Below are positions 42,880 to 53,046 of a stretch of 64,000 nucleotides of DNA, piece after piece. A program made the translations under genes and the position numbers. Within the stretch, counting starts at the first letter, position 1. Each line of letters begins with the position of its first letter. This DNA is from Tetramitus jugosus (Eukaryota > Protista > Heterolobosea), in contig OW569362.1 in assembly GCA_937625935.1 (NCBI GenBank), positions 372,001 through 436,000 of the forward strand, given 5' to 3'. Under the pieces are notes generated by a model. The model was not told where the DNA came from. It worked only from the letters and a program-made list of their open reading frames with translations, and did no database searches.

Positions 42880-44274
42880 TTAGAGGCAGTAAGGGGTCAC
42901 CAGGCAACCATTCTTTTCACGACCATGGTCTTCGATAAAGTCATGGACTTGGTCGTGGAACCATTGAATAGCAGCATCAGGCAAGTTGAATGAAGCCATG
43001 ATAATCAACATAGATGTCCACTTTTCAATACCGCCTGCCTTGTAGCGTGCCCAGCATGCCTCAATAGGGAATGTTTTGGGACTTACGCCCTTTTCGACAA
43101 GACGATTGTAGTAAGCTGTGAAGATACGAAGTTCGTGTTCTCGCCTCAACTCTGTTGTTACATGGCTAATCATGAATTGAGCTAGGTCTGTGAACGGACA
43201 GTAAACGCTAATTTCAGACCAATCTACGAGGTAGAATGGAATGTCCTTTTGTTTCCAAACCCACAGGATGTTACTTGCATGGAAGTCACCGTGACAGAGT
43301 GTAAAAGGCGTATCCGGAGAGGAAACATCAAAACGACGCTGGAAATTGTTCCAGTTCGTGTTGGCCATGGTTGTATTGATCTCTGAAATGACAGTATCAG
43401 ACCATTTGACACCAGTTGTCTTCTCTTCAGCTGCCTTCAGTAGTTTCTGCCATTTCATTTTGATTCTATCAGTCGCAAACTCCCACTGTGAACGATTCTT
43501 CCCTTGGAAGTAACTCACCATTTTCATCCATGACTCAGAGAGTAGTGACTCTTGTCTCCAATATTTGGCATGCATATCTGCCGCACTCAAGAATATAGTT
43601 TCCAGAGCAACCATAGGATCGATATTGGCATCCTTTGGTAGTTGAGGTGGACCCCAACATTGATTACCAAACAAATGACCACCAGCTGAAGCAACAGGAG
43701 ATAGATCCTCCATCAGAATCAATACATCTCCAGTCATCATGGATCCCTTGGCATACAAGACCTTGGGAATATTGGATATTTGTGAATCCTTGTTAGCTCC
43801 ATACTTGTGATAGAATAGAGCCTCTCTTGCGTGACCCATCAAAGCAGATGACAGGTGGCTGGAGAAACCTGAATGAACGGTTTTAACGACAAGGCTTCTT
43901 GGCAGTCTATCATCAGCATCATCGGGCCAAGAGAGAATCAGTCTGTGCATTTGAGCTGACAAACCACCAACCAATTGATCACCGTGCTCCACTTTGACAA
44001 TCTCTGGTACTTTAATCGAATCTCCCATGTACTCTTGAATGATTCGTCGAAGCCACACATAGGAATTGAAGTTTTTCCAGTCTTGTGGCTCCATTTCCTG
44101 TGGATTACCCAGTTTGCACTTGATGCTTCTCCAAAGACAGAAGACATGATAACAGATGTATGTTTGCAGCTTCTTTGACTGGTAGAACGAGAGGAACTTG
44201 TTGGAAAAGATTACCAGAATGATAATGGCACCTAAAACTGCAGAAAGTGCAGTCGACAAAACTGAAAAATTCAT
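42880..44274 (-). CDS. Choline/aminoglycoside/ecdysteroid-kinase-like phosphotransferase with N-terminal TM
   Basis: SLVVK, REALFY, LMEDL, LCHGDFHASNIL, LVDW. Confidence 0.85.
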   Translation of the reverse strand: MNFSVLSTALSAVLGAIIILVIFSNKFLSFYQSKKLQTYICYHVFCLWRSIKCKLGNPQEMEPQDWKNFNSYVWLRRIIQEYMGDSIKVPEIVKVEHGDQLVGGLSAQMHRLILSWPDDADDRLPRSLVVKTVHSGFSSHLSSALMGHAREALFYHKYGANKDSQISNIPKVLYAKGSMMTGDVLILMEDLSPVASAGGHLFGNQCWGPPQLPKDANIDPMVALETIFLSAADMHAKYWRQESLLSESWMKMVSYFQGKNRSQWEFATDRIKMKWQKLLKAAEEKTTGVKWSDTVISEINTTMANTNWNNFQRRFDVSSPDTPFTLCHGDFHASNILWVWKQKDIPFYLVDWSEISVYCPFTDLAQFMISHVTTELRREHELRIFTAYYNRLVEKGVSPKTFPIEACWARYKAGGIEKWTSMLIIMASFNLPDAAIQWFHDQVHDFIEDHGREKNGCLVTPYCL

Positions 44275-44501
44275 TGTGTGGAGTATATAATAATCAGATG
44301 CCCTTTTTGCTTGTTTTGTTGTGACCCGGGTTCTTGTCAAAAAACCTGCGGAATAAATACCAGACCAACCGTCCAAGAGCTCAAGACTGAGATTGAGGTT
44401 TGATTCCCACCTCTGGTAGAATTGGAGGTGTGTGAGAACGTTTCACCTTTGAGACAATGTCCCAGAATGTGTTGTGGGACTACACACTCCATTTGAGGAT
44501 T

Positions 44502-46208
44502 CTATAATCGAGATGACCATTGTACCGTGTTGCTGTGGTGTAAGATTTTGCCCGCTTGGTTCATAAGGCTCTCTAATTGTTGGTGCAGCAATGCATTCGT
44601 TGTTGAATGAACTGAACTCGTATCATACTTCGTAAAGCGGTCAGAGAACCATAGAGCAGTTCGAGCACTCAGATTATGCCAACTAGGATTATCGGAGGGA
44701 CTAACTCTTGCTATTTGATTTTGACTCCACCGATATGTGTCTACAGCTGAATTGCTAATCTTGGATAACACTGGTACATTGCTTAAATAACCTGGTTGAG
44801 GTTTCTTCTTTTCTTGTGATCCAAAGGGTAGATACCGATTGATAAGAGCTCTGGCGATTCTACTATCCTTATACAATGGGATTTGACTTAAAATGGCTTC
44901 ACGATCTAAACCCATCATTGAAGCCATCATACCAAGGTCCATTCCGCCACTTTTCTTACCGCCTTTCTTCTTTTGTTTCTGGTGTTTGTCCATTGATGAT
45001 TTATCAGGCGTTTCGATCAAGTTCTTTGGGATCTGTGGATAGAGCAACGAATCAACATAACCTTGATACATTCCAGTGACTGTCTTCAAGATCATACGAT
45101 TCATACCAGCATCAGATCCTAACATTGGATGTTTGGACAACAGAGTCGATGGCAATTGACTCTTCAAGAAGTAGAGCACAGCTCGATGTGCACCATATCT
45201 TGCTCCAAAGTTCATCACGATTCCAACAAATGATCCAACCATTAACCAAAATGACTGTCTAGCCATTGTCAGTGGAATATCGTTCGCTTTCATAGAGTCT
45301 GTAGGCAACGAACGCGAGGACGTCTCGGACATCAAAAACTGATTCTTCAATTGTCGAGTCACAGTCAGTGGCAATGCACTCGACATGGCACCAAACAATG
45401 TTCCAATCACAAATCCACCATAAGCCTTCCACTGCCACAATTCTATTCCACCAATCTTCTTTTTTTCTTCATGATGACGACGGAACAATAGAGATAACAG
45501 CTTTGAGAGATACATGGGTGCCAATCGCGATCCAAAAACACCAACCATGAATCGAACAATCGAATAATTAATATGATGATACAGTCGCAAAATGATAAAT
45601 CGTTTCACTTTTTGCCTTAATTGAAAATGACTCAAAAAGCTCTTCTTTTTCTGCTTTGTTGTCATTGCTTGATTGTGGATCGGAAGCAATGACAACTGTT
45701 GACTCCTTGTTGGCTTGTCCTTGATTGCCAGCTTATGATTACTGAAAATTTGATAGTCCAACAACAAGAGTCGATTCAACACACTCAGCCGCTCACTCTT
45801 TTCACTACTTTTATCATGAAATTGTTGTAATTGTTGTTGTTGCTTGATAGTCAACAACAAACATAACACTGCACAAAAATGCAACATGAAATACAAGTGT
45901 GGATCATCACCATCACCTTCATTGGTTCTTAATAAAAATTGACCTTCTTGTTGTTTGTCCAAATGATGAACAAGTGATTGTTGAATTTGATCATTGGTTG
46001 GATCATTGAGAAACACCAGGAACTGATTTAATAAATGACTCTGATTCGTATGATGATGCTGAGAGCAAAGTTGAGTCACAGTTGTAGCAAATGAGGCCAA
46101 CAAGTGTGCATCGATGAATTTCAGTTGGATATTGCGATTGTTGTTCGATTGTTGCTCTTGTTCAAGAGAACGAAAAAAGAGGGTTTTGTCCACCTGTGGA
46201 GATGACAT
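44502..46208 (-). CDS. Hypothetical membrane protein
   Basis: 568-aa ATG ORF with several hydrophobic segments; no recognised domain. Confidence 0.6.
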   Translation of the reverse strand: MSSPQVDKTLFFRSLEQEQQSNNNRNIQLKFIDAHLLASFATTVTQLCSQHHHTNQSHLLNQFLVFLNDPTNDQIQQSLVHHLDKQQEGQFLLRTNEGDGDDPHLYFMLHFCAVLCLLLTIKQQQQLQQFHDKSSEKSERLSVLNRLLLLDYQIFSNHKLAIKDKPTRSQQLSLLPIHNQAMTTKQKKKSFLSHFQLRQKVKRFIILRLYHHINYSIVRFMVGVFGSRLAPMYLSKLLSLLFRRHHEEKKKIGGIELWQWKAYGGFVIGTLFGAMSSALPLTVTRQLKNQFLMSETSSRSLPTDSMKANDIPLTMARQSFWLMVGSFVGIVMNFGARYGAHRAVLYFLKSQLPSTLLSKHPMLGSDAGMNRMILKTVTGMYQGYVDSLLYPQIPKNLIETPDKSSMDKHQKQKKKGGKKSGGMDLGMMASMMGLDREAILSQIPLYKDSRIARALINRYLPFGSQEKKKPQPGYLSNVPVLSKISNSAVDTYRWSQNQIARVSPSDNPSWHNLSARTALWFSDRFTKYDTSSVHSTTNALLHQQLESLMNQAGKILHHSNTVQWSSRL

Positions 46209-46342
46209 GACAGATACTTTGTGTTTTGTGGTTTTGCGGCCGCACGACGAGATCTTCTTGATATCGGCTTTTTGAGAAGAAGGCTAAATTCAGCAAGGAC
46301 TATTTCTTTAGTTTCTTTGGATCAACAAAAAACGAGGACACG

Positions 46343-47302
46343 ATGAATCATGCACAACAGAATAGTTTCAGTCACGGGAATGTAACAGTGACAAGGATGA
46401 TTCTTGATACGAATGCATCACCAAATGTGAACCAAAGGCTCGTCCCCATGTTTTGCTTTCCAGAGTTGGGGACAAATTGCGAACTGTGCTACAAGTCATT
46501 TTTCAGCGATCGGGAAACACAATTTCTGCGCCAAATCTTCGCCATCTACAGTGTGGAAGTTCACGGTTTAAGCTCAACCAGAGACAAACAATCGTACAAC
46601 TATAGCTATGAAAGCCTTGTTGATGATTTGAGTGCGATCGTGCAGGAGCACAAGGACCAATTCTGTGTCGTCAAGAGTCATCTGGAGAAACAACAACCAT
46701 TCTTCCATGGAATGGGAACTGGGTCAGGTGGATACTTGTTGTCTCTGTTTGCTTGTACGCACCCTCATTTGGTTGAGTCCATGGTTCTAATCTCTTCTCC
46801 CATCCATGGTGCCTCATGGCTAGAATCCTTCCAAATGCATGCTCAACAGTGGAGAGCAAATTTGGGTGGTGGAGTTGATGCCTATTCAAAGAAGCTCATG
46901 AGTTTGTACTTTAGTGAAAAGTTTAGACAGCTGCCATCTCACGAGTACATTCTGAACGAGTTCCATGAATATCATGTCTTGTCATTCGAACAGTTAAAGT
47001 ACGATATTCAGTTGAACACGAAAAGAAAGGATTTGAGTGATCAGTTGAAAAAACTGTGTTGTAAAGTTCTTATACTAGTCGGTGAGGAATCTGCATATTC
47101 CAATGACGCTAGCTACAATTTGGACAAGTTTGATCCAGAGTTAGTATCATGGATAAAGGTGCCGAACTGTGGTGGGCTCGTTACGAGAGAAAAACCAGAA
47201 CAGATCATCACATCTCTCAAACTGTTTCTGCAAAGTCAATCTTTCATGTTGGATACAATTGTTGAATCACATTCCAATCCTCTATCGATCACGGTGCTAT
47301 GA
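46343..47302 (+). CDS. NDRG/Ndr-family alpha/beta-hydrolase-like protein
   Basis: ELGTNCELCYKSFF, GMGTGSGGYLL, ASWLE, KVLILVGEES, KVPNCGGLVTREKP. Confidence 0.85.
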   Translation: MNHAQQNSFSHGNVTVTRMILDTNASPNVNQRLVPMFCFPELGTNCELCYKSFFSDRETQFLRQIFAIYSVEVHGLSSTRDKQSYNYSYESLVDDLSAIVQEHKDQFCVVKSHLEKQQPFFHGMGTGSGGYLLSLFACTHPHLVESMVLISSPIHGASWLESFQMHAQQWRANLGGGVDAYSKKLMSLYFSEKFRQLPSHEYILNEFHEYHVLSFEQLKYDIQLNTKRKDLSDQLKKLCCKVLILVGEESAYSNDASYNLDKFDPELVSWIKVPNCGGLVTREKPEQIITSLKLFLQSQSFMLDTIVESHSNPLSITVL

Positions 47303-47629
47303 GCTGAATGATTGTCCCTGTTTCTGTCATAATATGAATTCGATGCCTGTGTCAACTGATGACCAATTGAAGAATTCGATATAAAATCCTTCTTGCCTCA
47401 TCCTTGATAGATACTTTTGTAGCATGGGTACTGTGTGCCACTCAATTTTCATAAACTCTTCGCTCGTGAACCAAGCAATCTGTTCCTTAACAGGAAGATT
47501 GGCCCTGTCATGATCTGAATCCTTCGATTTTACCTTCCTTGTTGAACTCCAAATTTGATATCCAAGAGTGCCATAATGTGCCATAATCTCTTTATAGAAG
47601 AACCCTTTCTTCTTATTCGTGTAATACCA

Positions 47630-47734
47630 TGAACCAATGAACTGATTAAGGTGGCGGTCTACTGTCGATCAAGCCATAATAAAAAAATTATGGTTTCCCG
47701 ATAAGACACCTTAACGCTCCTACATAATCGGGAT
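47630..47734 (-). ncRNA. Putative Fanzor omegaRNA (about 89-nt scaffold plus flank-derived guide)
   Basis: Lies between the Fanzor stop and the element end; stems 47696-47702/47727-47733 and 47674-47680/47687-47693; 8-nt pairing 47707-47714 with 47646-47653; guide end not determinable. Confidence 0.7.
47650..47662. repeat. Terminal inverted repeat (Fanzor 3' end)
   Basis: GGTGGCGGTCTAC, exact reverse complement of 50305-50317. Confidence 0.92.
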
Positions 47735-49663
47735 TTACATAGCAGCTTGATGGAGTGAGCCTTGGAGGTGTTCCACCATTTTGATTAATTCTTTTGCGAC
47801 CTTTTTCTTCCTCTTGAAGGCATCGGGACGTGACTGTCCATCCATTTCTGTTCTCAGTAGATGGAGCATGTTCTTGGCCGCATTGATGTCTCTGTTGTGA
47901 GTCACTAAACATTTAGTGGTTGCACACTGTTTAACTCCTCGGACGACAGAGACATTCAACGTTCCATTCTTGTCTATTCTCTTATGCTTGACTGGCTTCA
48001 TGTGAGAATGGCAATGATGACATTTCTGACTTGTCATGAACTCGTCGATCATTTTCACTTTGAAGTGCTCATTCAACTTTTTCAATAGCTTTCCTTTTGG
48101 TGTTGGAGCATGTCCTTTGTAACAATGGCCAAAACCAGCATTGCCCATCCCAATTAACATGCTTCTTCCATTTGCTCTCTTTCGAAAGTCATTCATAACA
48201 TTGGCAATCGTCTTATCTCTCATTATATAGCTATCCCAATTCAGTCTCTTCACCTTTGGGGTGCAATAAAAATTCAACAAATCATCCTCGACTTTCAATA
48301 CAGAATTGATGTGTTCAAGGAACAGACCACTTGTTGGTACACCGGCCTGTTTGATTGAGTTTTGGAGTTCATCCAAGTTCTTCTCATTCATTTCGTTCCA
48401 TTCTGCTTTGTATTTCAACAATCGCTTGGAGTTTTTTGAATGGTGGGACAGATGTCTATATGTTTTGTTAGAAAACTCCCACTTCTTGCCATCTGAATCT
48501 GCACAACTCACCAACGTAACAATACCCGGGTCAATCCCAACCAAATATTCAGCACCTTCGTTCATATTTGTTTCTTTCTTTCTCTTCTTTGCTTCTTTCT
48601 GGCCCTTGGATTCCTTTGCCTTATTGTTCTTGTGATTGCCAACGAGTTGATGTCTGAGAACAACAGAGGCCTGAATACCGTCAGTTCTGATAGAGTCGAT
48701 TTGAATCTTCTTTGTTCCGATATTCAAACACTTGAGATTGTATTTCAATTCAATGGGTTCAATAACTTGTATATTACCCTTCTTTTGTACTCCTGGTTTC
48801 TTCTTCTGTTGGAGCATGTCTATCAGGTCCGTTGTACCAATCTCCATGCATCTACATTTGAAGTGGGACAAGGGCAACAATGCAAATGATTTCGTATCAT
48901 TGCCAATCAGAAACTGTTGAGCATGCCAGTAAAACTTCAGCATGTTATTGGTGTTGTTGTTCACAAACGATTCATCAATCACTTCGTCGGTTTCAGCACC
49001 AACAAGTGTTCGAACCTCTTGGATCAACACAGGAATAGTCTCTATCAACTCTTTTGGAGGCAGTTTGACAAAATCATAAACTGGAGTGGCGAATGTCAAC
49101 TTTCTGATGATGTATTCTACGACTCTTCTGTATTCAGACCTTGGTATTGATTGACCATTGTGCAATTGATTCATCCTCACTCTCAAATACTTTCTCAGTC
49201 TTTGTTCCAATGTGAACTTGAGCATGTTAGAAATATTGACATTGAGAGACTTTGCAACGTAATTGATGGATTTGGATAACTTCTCACAAATCTTCCTTAG
49301 CTTGATTGTTACGTCATCCATGTTGACTGACCCGTTGATGAGGTTGACATTATCGTCTCTTGTCTTCGATTTGCGTCCAAACAACACTGAACCGATTCGT
49401 TGAATAAATCCTTGATTCAAGAGAGGGATATCACAATTGTTCTCCAAGTGCCTCAAAACAAATATGTTTATAAATCTTGTGAGTCGAAGAGCAATCCTTG
49501 TAATCTCCAGAGCTTGAGTTTGTATGATTGGTAACAGAGTTGGATGATGCAACAATAGAGACTTCAGACCGACCTTGATCACATAATGTGATGAGTATTC
49601 ATCCTTTTTGACAGTCTCTCTCTTTCTCTTTCTCTTGCCGTCCTTAGGCACGCCTCGTGGCAT
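47735..49663 (-). CDS. Fanzor1 (eukaryotic TnpB-like RNA-guided endonuclease)
   Basis: 642 aa; N-terminal NLS (KRKRKR); IRTDG; RuvC-I GIDPG, RuvC-II IDEFMTSQKC, zinc finger CHHC..CATTKC, RuvC-III NRDINAAKNM; D-E-D triad intact. Confidence 0.93.
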   Translation of the reverse strand: MPRGVPKDGKRKRKRETVKKDEYSSHYVIKVGLKSLLLHHPTLLPIIQTQALEITRIALRLTRFINIFVLRHLENNCDIPLLNQGFIQRIGSVLFGRKSKTRDDNVNLINGSVNMDDVTIKLRKICEKLSKSINYVAKSLNVNISNMLKFTLEQRLRKYLRVRMNQLHNGQSIPRSEYRRVVEYIIRKLTFATPVYDFVKLPPKELIETIPVLIQEVRTLVGAETDEVIDESFVNNNTNNMLKFYWHAQQFLIGNDTKSFALLPLSHFKCRCMEIGTTDLIDMLQQKKKPGVQKKGNIQVIEPIELKYNLKCLNIGTKKIQIDSIRTDGIQASVVLRHQLVGNHKNNKAKESKGQKEAKKRKKETNMNEGAEYLVGIDPGIVTLVSCADSDGKKWEFSNKTYRHLSHHSKNSKRLLKYKAEWNEMNEKNLDELQNSIKQAGVPTSGLFLEHINSVLKVEDDLLNFYCTPKVKRLNWDSYIMRDKTIANVMNDFRKRANGRSMLIGMGNAGFGHCYKGHAPTPKGKLLKKLNEHFKVKMIDEFMTSQKCHHCHSHMKPVKHKRIDKNGTLNVSVVRGVKQCATTKCLVTHNRDINAAKNMLHLLRTEMDGQSRPDAFKRKKKVAKELIKMVEHLQGSLHQAAM

Positions 49664-50304
49664 AATGTTATTGTATTTGTTGTGTGTTGTGTTTGTTGTG
49701 TGAGTTGAATCAAACAGCGAAGAAGACAGCGCTTTTTAAACCGAGGAAGATGGCCGTTGCCGTTGTAAAGACAGTCTCAACGGAAATTTTTACAACTGCA
49801 CCAATTCCGCAGCTTAGAGGAAACTGAGATTTAGGCAACAGAAAGATGACGTTACTCGTTTGGCAAATGCTTTATTTCTTCTTGGGTGGTTCAATCTCGC
49901 GTCTTGAAAGAAAATGTCCATCGTCCATCCTCTGAACCAATACACACAACAACCGAAATCATCTACTGGAGGAGACTCCAATATGAAACTCTACCAAGTA
50001 TTGCATCTTTGACTCAGAACTTGTTTAATGACAACGTGTGGATGACTCATCATCCAAGTGTGTTTTTGTATTCTCCAGAGAGCTTCAATGTTCCTGTCCA
50101 CTAGCCCAAATAAAGAAGCCCGAACCTCCGCCGCAGAGAAATCACAAAGCACAAAAGTGTTGCTTGTAACCGAGAATTCACAGTATTGTGGATGATTAAC
50201 ACTTGTGTATGGATTCTGATGTTTTTTGATCGACCCACATCTTGCTTCTTTTTTCTCAAACAAAAATCATTTTATACGAGGAGCCCTATTAATACGAGGA
50301 GTTG

Positions 50305-50317
50305 GTAGACCGCCACC
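50305..50317. repeat. Terminal inverted repeat (Fanzor 5' end)
   Basis: GTAGACCGCCACC; adjacent direct repeats ATACGAGGAG at 50274-50283 and 50292-50301. Confidence 0.92.
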
Positions 50318-51127
50318 TTAAACGCGGAATTCATGAGTGAATTCTCTTCGGTGGCCCAAAAATCATTCGATTCTGACCTATCTGTCTGTATCAAATGCTT
50401 TACTCGCTGGATGGTCTCATCCATGCCGATAGCCATCAATTTCCGCTTGGTAAACCTGGGATCAAACATCTTCATCAATTGTACCACATTGTCCTCATTA
50501 ATCTCGTCCTCCATACTGATCCACTTTTGAATCATTTGCGGTTCAGGTGCATACACGAACAATCCCATTGGACAACACAAGATGTCAAACATGCTTCGAC
50601 CATTCGGATTCGACAAGTATCCACTGTTGTGCACATTATCTTGCACGACTCCAATCATGTCTTCATTTGACACGAGGTTGGGAATATTAATAGGAGAGCC
50701 TCTGTCATCGGCCTCAATCGGGTGCATGTGATAGGTAAACGGATGATCATCATTGAACTCACACAGAGTATATCCACCGTATGCTGTGCCATCTGACACT
50801 GATCTGCCCTTCAATCTTTTCACAGAGAGAAGCGACTCATCGACGTCAGAACTCTCATCTCTGTGCACGTGCAACTCGAAGCAATTCGAAGTTAGAGACC
50901 GCACTTCAAAATGACCACCCGTTTCAATCATCTCATCCAAGGAATCAATGAAAAGAGACCTGAGTTGTGCCACTTGACTCGGTGGAACCACATACTTGTT
51001 GATGAACACAGTCGGTAAAGCATCTGCTGCCCCAAGTTCCGACATTATGATTTTTGATTGGTTATTTGTTGTTCTGGTTAGTTTGTTGTTTATGGAACAT
51101 AATTTATTCGTTGTGTGTTGTCTTGTT

Positions 51128-53046
51128 TTAGAAGAAGCCTGAGAAACCTCCCATACCTCCCATGCCACCCCTACCACCACCACCAAATCTCATACCACCC
51201 ATGCCGCCGCCGCCGCCACCACCCATAAACATACGCATAATATCATTGATGTCACCTCCTTCGAAGCCACCTCCTTGTCCACCCATGTCTTCCAGATCTA
51301 CACCAGAGTCATATCTTCTTCTCTTTTGAGCATCTGTTAAGACATCGTGTGCCTCTCCAATGTCCTTGAACATTTCTTCGGCCTTCTTCTTCTCTTCCTC
51401 GTCCTGGAACTTGTCAGGATGCCACAGCTTGGCAGCCTTCTTGTATGCTTTCTTGACATCTTCAGTGTCAGCATCCTTTGAAATATCTAGAATCTTATAA
51501 TAGTCCTTCCTCTTGGCCTTCTTGTACAATTGTTCAGCTTCCTTCAGCTTTTGCTTCACTTCTCTGTTCTCTGGTTCAATTTCGCTCGCCTTGTGATAAT
51601 CTCTCTTGGCTTCCTCAAACTTTTGAACTTGTTGATAGCATTGTGCTCTTCTTAGGTATGCCTTCAGATATTGAGGGTTCAACTCAATAGCCTTCGATGC
51701 ATCTTCGATAGCGCTATCCCAGTTGTTCAACTTGCCTTGACACGCTGATCTGTTGCAATATAGTTGAGCATTGAGATTCTTGTTCTTTGGATCGTTTTCA
51801 ATAGCGTTCCCATACTTTTCAATGGCTTCTTGATATTTGCCAGACTTGAACAAATCATTGCCCTCTTCCTTGAGTGCCTCTGATCGTCTCAATACCTTTC
51901 TGAATTGCATGGACTTGCTGTGATCAGGGTCCAATTGCAATGCCTGAGTCAAATGTTTCAAGCCATTTTCTGCTTGACCAGAGTAGTACAGTGCCTTTCC
52001 TCGCAAGAAATAGGCCTCAGAGTTATTAGGATCCTCATCACGCAAAATGTAACCAGCTTCCTTGGCGACCAAATCAGACTCTCCTAATCCTAGTTGAGCC
52101 TCCAATTTGTACAACTTGATTCTCGTGCTCATGGACGCCAGATTCAAAGCACGATCAAACTTGTTGAGTGCTTGTTGATACCGCTCAGCATTCAACTCCT
52201 TTTGTCCCTCTTCGACAAACGTCTTGATTTGTTCAATTTTGGTCAACTCTGTCTTCACTGCTGCATTTCCTGGTTCAATTGCAAGTGCACGCTGCAATTG
52301 CATGGCTGCTTCATTCAACAATCCCATGCACGTGTAGGCTGTTCCGGCTCTCAGGTAACCCTTGGAGAATTTTGGATCCAACTCTGTGCACTTTAGTGAA
52401 TCCTTGAGTGCGTCCTTGTAATTTTTCAGTTGCAAATAGCATGCTGCTCTGTTGCTGTAGTAGGCTGCGACAGATGGATCGAGAGCAATGGCCTTGGTGT
52501 ACAATTCGGCTGCAGTTTTCCAATCAGCCTTTGCAAAAAATTTGTTTCCTGCGTCCTTGTACTCGTTTGCCGTTTCAAATGTCGGTATTGGTTCTGCTGG
52601 TTTCTCCTGTTGTTCTGAAGTTGTTGCATGCTGTTGAATGTCTCTTTCTAGTTGTGGAATGTTGGCACCTTGAATCTCGGACACTTTTCTACCATTCTTG
52701 AACAGCAAGAATGTTGGAACAGATGTGATATTGTATTGTTGTGCGAGGTCTTGATTCTTGTCGATATCAACCTTCAAAAAAGTGGCTCTTGAGCTGTACT
52801 TTAGTGCGAGTTTTTGAAGAACGGGAGCTACTTGTTTGCATGGTCCACACCTGTATGTTTTTGTTTTTTTTTTGAGGAAAGAAATTTCATGTATGTGTTG
52901 TGTTAGTTAGTCTCTATGAAAAAAAAGCAAAGATTGATTGTGTTCCAACATCTTACTTACCATTCAGCAAACATGTCAACAACGACGAGCTTACTTCCTC
53001 TAATCTCTTGTTTGAATTGACTTTCGTTGACTTCTCTTACAGACAT
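51128..53046 (-). CDS. DNAJC7: Thioredoxin-TPR-J-domain co-chaperone (DNAJC7-like with N-terminal Trx); exons 53046-52961 and 52850-51128
   Basis: Intron 52851-52960 (GTAAGT..CAG) restores FAEW|CGPC; two TPR clamps; DYYKIL...HPD J domain; G/F-rich tail. Confidence 0.9.

Larger units (their letters stand above)
47650..50317 (-). mobile_element. Non-autonomous TIR DNA transposon carrying Fanzor (TTAA-flanked, GG..CC termini, Kolobok-like)
   Basis: Perfect 13-bp TIRs GGTGGCGGTCTAC (47650-47662) and GTAGACCGCCACC (50305-50317); TTAA at 47646-47649 and 50318-50321; host ORF restored on excision. Confidence 0.92.
47327..51045 (-). pseudogene. JAB/MPN-like metalloprotein gene interrupted by the Fanzor transposon (halves 51045-50318 and 47645-47327)
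   Basis: Removing 47650-50317 plus one TTAA gives one 348-aa ORF (...LMNSAF|NQFIGSWYY...IMAHYG...); motifs ETGG, YHMHP, VSNEDM. Confidence 0.8.

Noticed and set aside
50272-50317. Hydrophobic C-terminus KVAVYQLLVLIGLLV of ORF 50272-51186 as a TM anchor
   Set aside because: It is read-through into the transposon TIR, not part of the native gene.
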